Origin: an archaeon
GTDB lineage: Archaea; Iainarchaeota; Iainarchaeia; Iainarchaeales; 1-14-0-10-31-34
DNA length: 10,182 bases
Reading direction: 5' to 3'
Assembly (NCBI GenBank): GCA_043815885.1
Contig: JBDRIL010000053.1
Span: 1 to 10,182, forward strand
Below are positions 5,890 to 10,182 of this stretch, one piece after another. Numbering within the stretch: position 1 is the stretch's first letter; each line of letters opens with the position of its first letter. The notes below the pieces were generated by a model. It had not been told where the DNA came from and did no database searches. It saw only the letters and a list, made by a program, of their open reading frames with translations. The position numbers and the translations under genes were made by a program.

Positions 5890-7803
5890 ATGAAATTAAA
5901 CAGAAAAATATTGATTGGATTTATTTTAATTCTGTCAATTATTTTTTCCCAGTCAGTTTCAGCTCAAGGAGTGTGTCTTGCATATTGTGGTTATGGAGAT
6001 CCATTATGTACCAACCCCTCTGAGTGCGTTGGCCCTGATCCATGGAATGCATGTGATCCTTGTTATACCCCAAGTGTCACGGTTCTTCCTTCGGGTGATT
6101 GTGATTGTACTTGCGTAGCAGAAACAAATTGCCCCCCAGCAGGAGGTTGTGCTACTGACCGATGCCCAATAACTCCTGATTGGGCTCGTTACCTTGGAAG
6201 TCCTGGATATGATGAAGCAGAAGGTGCCTGCAGTATCATGGAGAGATGTGATGAATACACTGAATGTAGGTCTAGTTATTATAAGTGTATTAGTGGAGGA
6301 ATTCCTGGACCATTATTCTGTGTATACCAGCCAGGAAAAATGCCTTACGGAGCATATGTATGGGTAGATCCTGCAACAGATGTAGTTCCAGAAAATGACC
6401 CCAGCCTTAACAATGGATGTGGCGATGGACATGATAATGATTGTGATGGAAGGATTGATGAAGAAGATACTGATTGTGATTCAACTGCCCCAACTATTAC
6501 TGATAGTTGTGGGGGGGCATGCAGTACTTCAGAGAGTTCAATTACTGTTACACTCACGCCAACTGATCCAAATCTAAAAGAAGTAAGGTATTGCTACAGT
6601 GATGGCACTGCTTCAGGGGATTCAACTGAAATAGCAATGTATGACAATGCTGTTAATGCTCCAAAATGCTTGACTGGTGGGTCGCCCTGCACTACTGTTT
6701 ATGACCCAGGGCCCCCAGCAAAGTCATTGATTACTGGAAGGAATGGAGAATTCGCAAGATCCCAAGAAGAGAATTTCTGGTATAATCTTTATAATCAGGA
6801 TCCCAGTGCTTCCAGTGTTCCACGAAGTCTCTCTCCAAGAGAACCAAACGAGCCAAACACTATTGATGACTGTAGGGATTGGGGTAACAGTGCACTTGGG
6901 CAGGTGCCAGAAAATCTAACCAATGCATTTATTGAACACATTAAGGTTTGGGTTGGAGATTATGATATTAATCCAGGTGAAACATTTAATTATGAAGTAA
7001 AGGCTGACTGCAACAGTACCTCAGATAAAGTTTATGTTTTTTATACGAGTAATGCTTCCTCTCCTTCCTGGAGTGAGAAAAAAGGGGTTAATTGTCCTGG
7101 CACTGGATTTCAATATATTACTGGTTCTTTTGCTTTGTCAGGAAATGCAGGATATCATGCAGTAAGGGCAGTAATTGCCAAGGAGGCACAGGGAACCTGG
7201 GATACTGCTTCCTGCCCTGGATTAACAAATGGAAATGCTGTTGATTCAGATGTGGATGATTTAGTGTTTAATGTTATTTCTACTGTTTCTGGTTGTGTTC
7301 CGACAATAAAGCTTTCTCCTTATCAGTTAACGCACTGGTATTATGATGGAGATAAAACAGTAAGATACAGGGCATGGGATAAGGCAAGAAATGAATCAGC
7401 GATTGGGTCTTATACTGTTACTTTTCTTACTCCCTCTACAGCTGAATGCCCTTGCGTAATAATAAGGAGAGGGGCAAGCGATGTAAAGGCAAAGATTGGA
7501 AGTAATGGAGTAATGGAAATAGAAGGGCAAATAAAATCAGTTAATGGGGTTGGCTGGGTTAATCCTTCAGGAAATGATGACTTTGTTATAAAGAATTCCA
7601 GTGGAACCATTAATGCATGGATTGATGGAAGCACTGGAGGATTGTACTTAAAAGGAAGCCTGAACAGGAATCAAGGTGCATTAAGTCCTCCTGGTTCAGG
7701 TAATTTAATTATAAAGAATTCTGCTGGAACAGTTGTAGCTTACTTTACAAGCAGTGGAGCCCTTTATTTAATGGATGAATTAGTGGAGAATTCTTCAATC
7801 TAA
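5890..7803 (+). CDS. Secreted Cys-rich multidomain surface protein
   Basis: Signal peptide ending SVSA. 20 Cys in aa 29-196, including CGDGHDNDCDGRIDEEDTDC. Followed by an interrupted Ig-like domain, an inserted ~215-aa domain and three C-terminal beta repeats. AGGAGA SD at 5878-5883. Confidence 0.88.
   Translation: MKLNRKILIGFILILSIIFSQSVSAQGVCLAYCGYGDPLCTNPSECVGPDPWNACDPCYTPSVTVLPSGDCDCTCVAETNCPPAGGCATDRCPITPDWARYLGSPGYDEAEGACSIMERCDEYTECRSSYYKCISGGIPGPLFCVYQPGKMPYGAYVWVDPATDVVPENDPSLNNGCGDGHDNDCDGRIDEEDTDCDSTAPTITDSCGGACSTSESSITVTLTPTDPNLKEVRYCYSDGTASGDSTEIAMYDNAVNAPKCLTGGSPCTTVYDPGPPAKSLITGRNGEFARSQEENFWYNLYNQDPSASSVPRSLSPREPNEPNTIDDCRDWGNSALGQVPENLTNAFIEHIKVWVGDYDINPGETFNYEVKADCNSTSDKVYVFYTSNASSPSWSEKKGVNCPGTGFQYITGSFALSGNAGYHAVRAVIAKEAQGTWDTASCPGLTNGNAVDSDVDDLVFNVISTVSGCVPTIKLSPYQLTHWYYDGDKTVRYRAWDKARNESAIGSYTVTFLTPSTAECPCVIIRRGASDVKAKIGSNGVMEIEGQIKSVNGVGWVNPSGNDDFVIKNSSGTINAWIDGSTGGLYLKGSLNRNQGALSPPGSGNLIIKNSAGTVVAYFTSSGALYLMDELVENSSI
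6418..6477 (+). other. CxDGxDNDCDGxxD acidic putative metal (Ca/Cu)-binding motif (MopE-related motif type)
   Basis: Translates to CGDGHDNDCDGRIDEEDTDC, single copy. Confidence 0.75.
7456..7800 (+). repeat. Three ~40-aa protein repeats at the C-terminus of the 637-aa protein
   Basis: VIIRRGASDVKAKIGSNGVMEIEGQI / FVIKNSSGTINAWIDGSTGGLYLKGSL / LIIKNSAGTVVAYFTSSGALYLMDEL. Units 2 and 3 share DNA ATAAAGAATTC..(G/C)TGGAAC. Confidence 0.8.
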
Positions 7804-7818
7804 AAAGTGATAAAAAAA

Positions 7819-10182
7819 ATGAAAAAAGTTTTTCTTGCATTGATTTTGCTTTCCTTTTTTCCTTTAATTAATGCTTATCATGGAAGTGGCGGCGGATACG
7901 AGACTTGGGGTTCAATTAATTACGGTGCAAGTGATGACAGTAGTGGAAGCTACAGGGTAATGACTTTTCTGATAGACCAGCCTTGTGTTCATACAATTCA
8001 AGGAAGCTATGAATCATTTTTGTGTTATTATTTTTTCACTCAAAATGAAACAGAGGAATTAAGTGTTAACCTTTCAGCTGATACTGTTTCAGGATGCGCT
8101 CCATTAACAGTCAACTTTACTGCCACAATTTCTAATGGAACTGGCCCTTATCGTTATCAATGGTATTGGAATTGGTCTGCAGGACCAGACATTGACGAAG
8201 TAATTGCTTCTGCCATTTCTTTAAAATCCCACAACTATGCTATTGGACCATATACGGCAAAAGTAATTATCACAGATAATTCAACTGGAAAAACAGCAGA
8301 AGATTCACTTACAATTGATTCACTGAATTGCGGTGGCCCATTCGGTGTCACTCTTACAGCTGACCCTACTTCTGCTTGTTGTCGGTCGGATATTGACTTT
8401 ATTGCTACTACATCTGACGGAACAGGGCCCTACACTTATGACTGGTATTTTCAATGGCCTTCCGGACTTAACGGAAGCTATAACAGTGCCAGTCCTTCTT
8501 ATTCACTTATTTGGAATTACTTTGAAGAGGGATTATGGACTGCAAAAGTAATAGTAACCGATAACAGCAATAATGACACTGCAGAAGCTTCCGTAATAAT
8601 TGACGTGAATGACACTACAATAAGTGTTTCTCCTACTGCCCAAACAGTTGGATTAAACGAGTTATCTGATTTTTATACTGCTGACGCTAACTGTAAAGCA
8701 TGGGCAGACATTGTTTGGGCTGTTAACGAATTAGGAGGAGACCCTGATTGTAATTGCTACTCATATAACGGAGCCACACCTAACGGAACATATATTGGTT
8801 GTGCTCCTGGAGCCGCCCCAACAGGAGATCGATTAAAGATGGAATGTAATACCCCAGGGCAAAGAGACATCAAGTTTTCAATTGCTACTGCATGCAATAA
8901 TGGGCCAGTTCTTGTACACGCTTATGCTACACTTGATGTTGTGGCTGGTTTAAGTGTTGACCTTTCAGCAAATCCTTCCTCTGGATGCGATCCACTGGAC
9001 ATAAATTTAACTGCAGTGATTTCTAATGGAACAGGGCCATATGATTATAATTGGTTCTGGAAGGCGCCTTACACTACTCCAGACAAAATAATGACTGGCT
9101 TTGCTTCTGACACCAATACACAGTCACCTCCTGCCTACACTCCTGACGGAACATACAATGCAAAGGTAGTGGTGAAAGATTCAACCGGAGAAACCGCAGA
9201 AGCTATAGAAAACATTATTGTAGTGGACTGCACTGAATTCAGTGTAATTCTTACAGCAGACCCAACTTCTGGAGATTGCGCTCCATTGCTTGTTGATTTT
9301 AATGCAATAGCTTATGGATACTTGCCAATTGATCCAAGCGCTCCTGAATATGGTGATATTGGTGTCCCTTGGGGTTTTACTTGGGCGTGGGATGCTGATT
9401 GTTTGCCTGCAGCACCTTCTTCTTGGTGGTGCAGTCTTGTAGACGTTTATGGACAAGCAGTTCTTGACAATAATATTAGCTTTAGTCATATTTATGACAC
9501 CAAAGGACTTCATCACGCTAAAGTCTCGCTTGCTGAAGAGGATGCCTACTTTAACAATTTATTAGGAGATGCCAACGATTCAGTCGAAATTACTCTGACT
9601 AAAGACCTTACAGTTGTTTTAACTCCATCAGAGGGTTATATTACAGTTTATGTTGATGAGCAAGAGACTTTTACTGGAGGAGGAGATTGTGTGGGAGAGT
9701 ATTCTTGGAAAGTAACTGCAAATCCAGCGGACCCTGCTGAATGTGTTTGTAATGGAAATTCTGGGTCTGATTGTGTTACGGATGCAGCTGCTGGTTTACT
9801 AGAAGGAGCCGATCTTGATACTTTGGATGTTTACTGTACGACTGAAGGAGACAGGTTAATTACTCTTACAACGAGTTGGAGTGTTCCTGGAGCTTCTGAT
9901 TCAAAGACAGATAACGCTCCTTTTAATGTTGTTGACAATCTGCCTCCAACTGTTGATGCGAAAGGACCTTATTTTGGGGTAATTAATGAGGACTTTAATG
10001 TTTCGGGTTATGCTGTGGATCCGGAAGGGGATGCAGTTAATGAAATTGAGTGGATTAATATTCCTGTGGAATGCACTTTGGTTGGTGAGGTCGTGAGCGG
10101 GATTGGAACTGATTATGCGGACAATAATGCAGTGATTAATTGTTCTATCAGGGGAGCAAAACAAATAAAGTTAAGGGCGAGT
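7819..10182 (+). CDS. Large secreted PKD/Ig-like repeat surface protein (adhesin-like), 3' end beyond window
   Basis: Not in ORF track. Hand translation from ATG 7819 is open for 788 codons. Signal peptide MKKVFLALILLSFFPLINA. PKD-type units (LSADTVSGCAPLTVNFTA...GTGPYRYQWYW...AKVIITD...TAE). A seventh unit begins NLPPTVDAKGPY...DPEGD. About 15 N-x-S/T sequons. Weak SD AGTGA upstream. Confidence 0.92.
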   Translation, partial: MKKVFLALILLSFFPLINAYHGSGGGYETWGSINYGASDDSSGSYRVMTFLIDQPCVHTIQGSYESFLCYYFFTQNETEELSVNLSADTVSGCAPLTVNFTATISNGTGPYRYQWYWNWSAGPDIDEVIASAISLKSHNYAIGPYTAKVIITDNSTGKTAEDSLTIDSLNCGGPFGVTLTADPTSACCRSDIDFIATTSDGTGPYTYDWYFQWPSGLNGSYNSASPSYSLIWNYFEEGLWTAKVIVTDNSNNDTAEASVIIDVNDTTISVSPTAQTVGLNELSDFYTADANCKAWADIVWAVNELGGDPDCNCYSYNGATPNGTYIGCAPGAAPTGDRLKMECNTPGQRDIKFSIATACNNGPVLVHAYATLDVVAGLSVDLSANPSSGCDPLDINLTAVISNGTGPYDYNWFWKAPYTTPDKIMTGFASDTNTQSPPAYTPDGTYNAKVVVKDSTGETAEAIENIIVVDCTEFSVILTADPTSGDCAPLLVDFNAIAYGYLPIDPSAPEYGDIGVPWGFTWAWDADCLPAAPSSWWCSLVDVYGQAVLDNNISFSHIYDTKGLHHAKVSLAEEDAYFNNLLGDANDSVEITLTKDLTVVLTPSEGYITVYVDEQETFTGGGDCVGEYSWKVTANPADPAECVCNGNSGSDCVTDAAAGLLEGADLDTLDVYCTTEGDRLITLTTSWSVPGASDSKTDNAPFNVVDNLPPTVDAKGPYFGVINEDFNVSGYAVDPEGDAVNEIEWINIPVECTLVGEVVSGIGTDYADNNAVINCSIRGAKQIKLRAS
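8059..9936 (+). repeat. Degenerate tandem duplication of a three-domain block (A1-B1-C1 / A2-B2-C2)
   Basis: A1 8059 vs A2 8950 (TTAAGTGTT[A/G]ACCTTTCAGC...GGATGCG.TCCA...ATTTCTAATGGAAC.GG.CC.TAT). B1 8341 vs B2 9238 (TTC.GTGT.A.TCTTACAGC.GACCC.ACTTCTG). C1 ~8617 vs C2 ~9607 share the C..W.V..CxC..C..C.T.G.R.I pattern. Offsets are 891 nt (A) and 897 nt (B). Confidence 0.85.

Noticed and set aside
4861..7634. ORFs 4861..5094, 5278..5637, 5594..5842, 6345..6557, 6395..6577, 7410..7634
   Set aside because: Antisense or alternate-frame overlaps of the two signal-peptide genes, which have SDs and coherent domain structure.
8059..9936. Diversity-generating retroelement (TR/VR pair) or CRISPR-like explanation for the repeats
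   Set aside because: The repeats are in-frame coding domains whose differences are not confined to adenines, there is no reverse transcriptase in the window, and there is no fixed repeat-spacer periodicity.
8333..10164. ORFs 8333..8551, 9181..9516, 9901..10164
   Set aside because: They overlap the uninterrupted 788-codon PKD-repeat frame starting at 7819, which the track missed because it has no stop in the window.

Overview
AT-rich archaeal DNA. Evidence for this: a tRNA with a 37/38 intron and no encoded CCA, BRE/TATA promoters, and a GAGGTGA Shine-Dalgarno. A DPANN-type lineage is my inference from the style of the surface proteins and is not proven. The left half (1-4777, minus strand) is a compact housekeeping/membrane run. 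In transcription order it holds a DUF202 protein, a ThiI-like PP-loop sulfurtransferase lacking THUMP, a 93-aa protein resembling the MoeB/ThiF C-terminal extension, a Yip1-domain protein, an M50 site-2 protease with CBS domains, an intron-containing tRNA-Ser(CGA) whose first 5 nt overlap the protease stop codon, an unknown multi-pass membrane protein, and a partial CaCA/YrbG cation antiporter. The right half (4907-10182, plus strand) is a divergently transcribed run of three signal-peptide proteins: a tail-fibre-like protein, a mosaic Cys-rich protein with one domain apparently nested inside an Ig-like domain, and a >788-aa disulfide-rich PKD/Ig repeat protein with an ABC-ABC higher-order repeat. 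The two edge genes (1-495 and 7819-10182) are missing from the supplied ORF track and were translated by hand. No CRISPR array, transposase, integrase or reverse transcriptase was seen. All family assignments come from motif recognition, not database searches.
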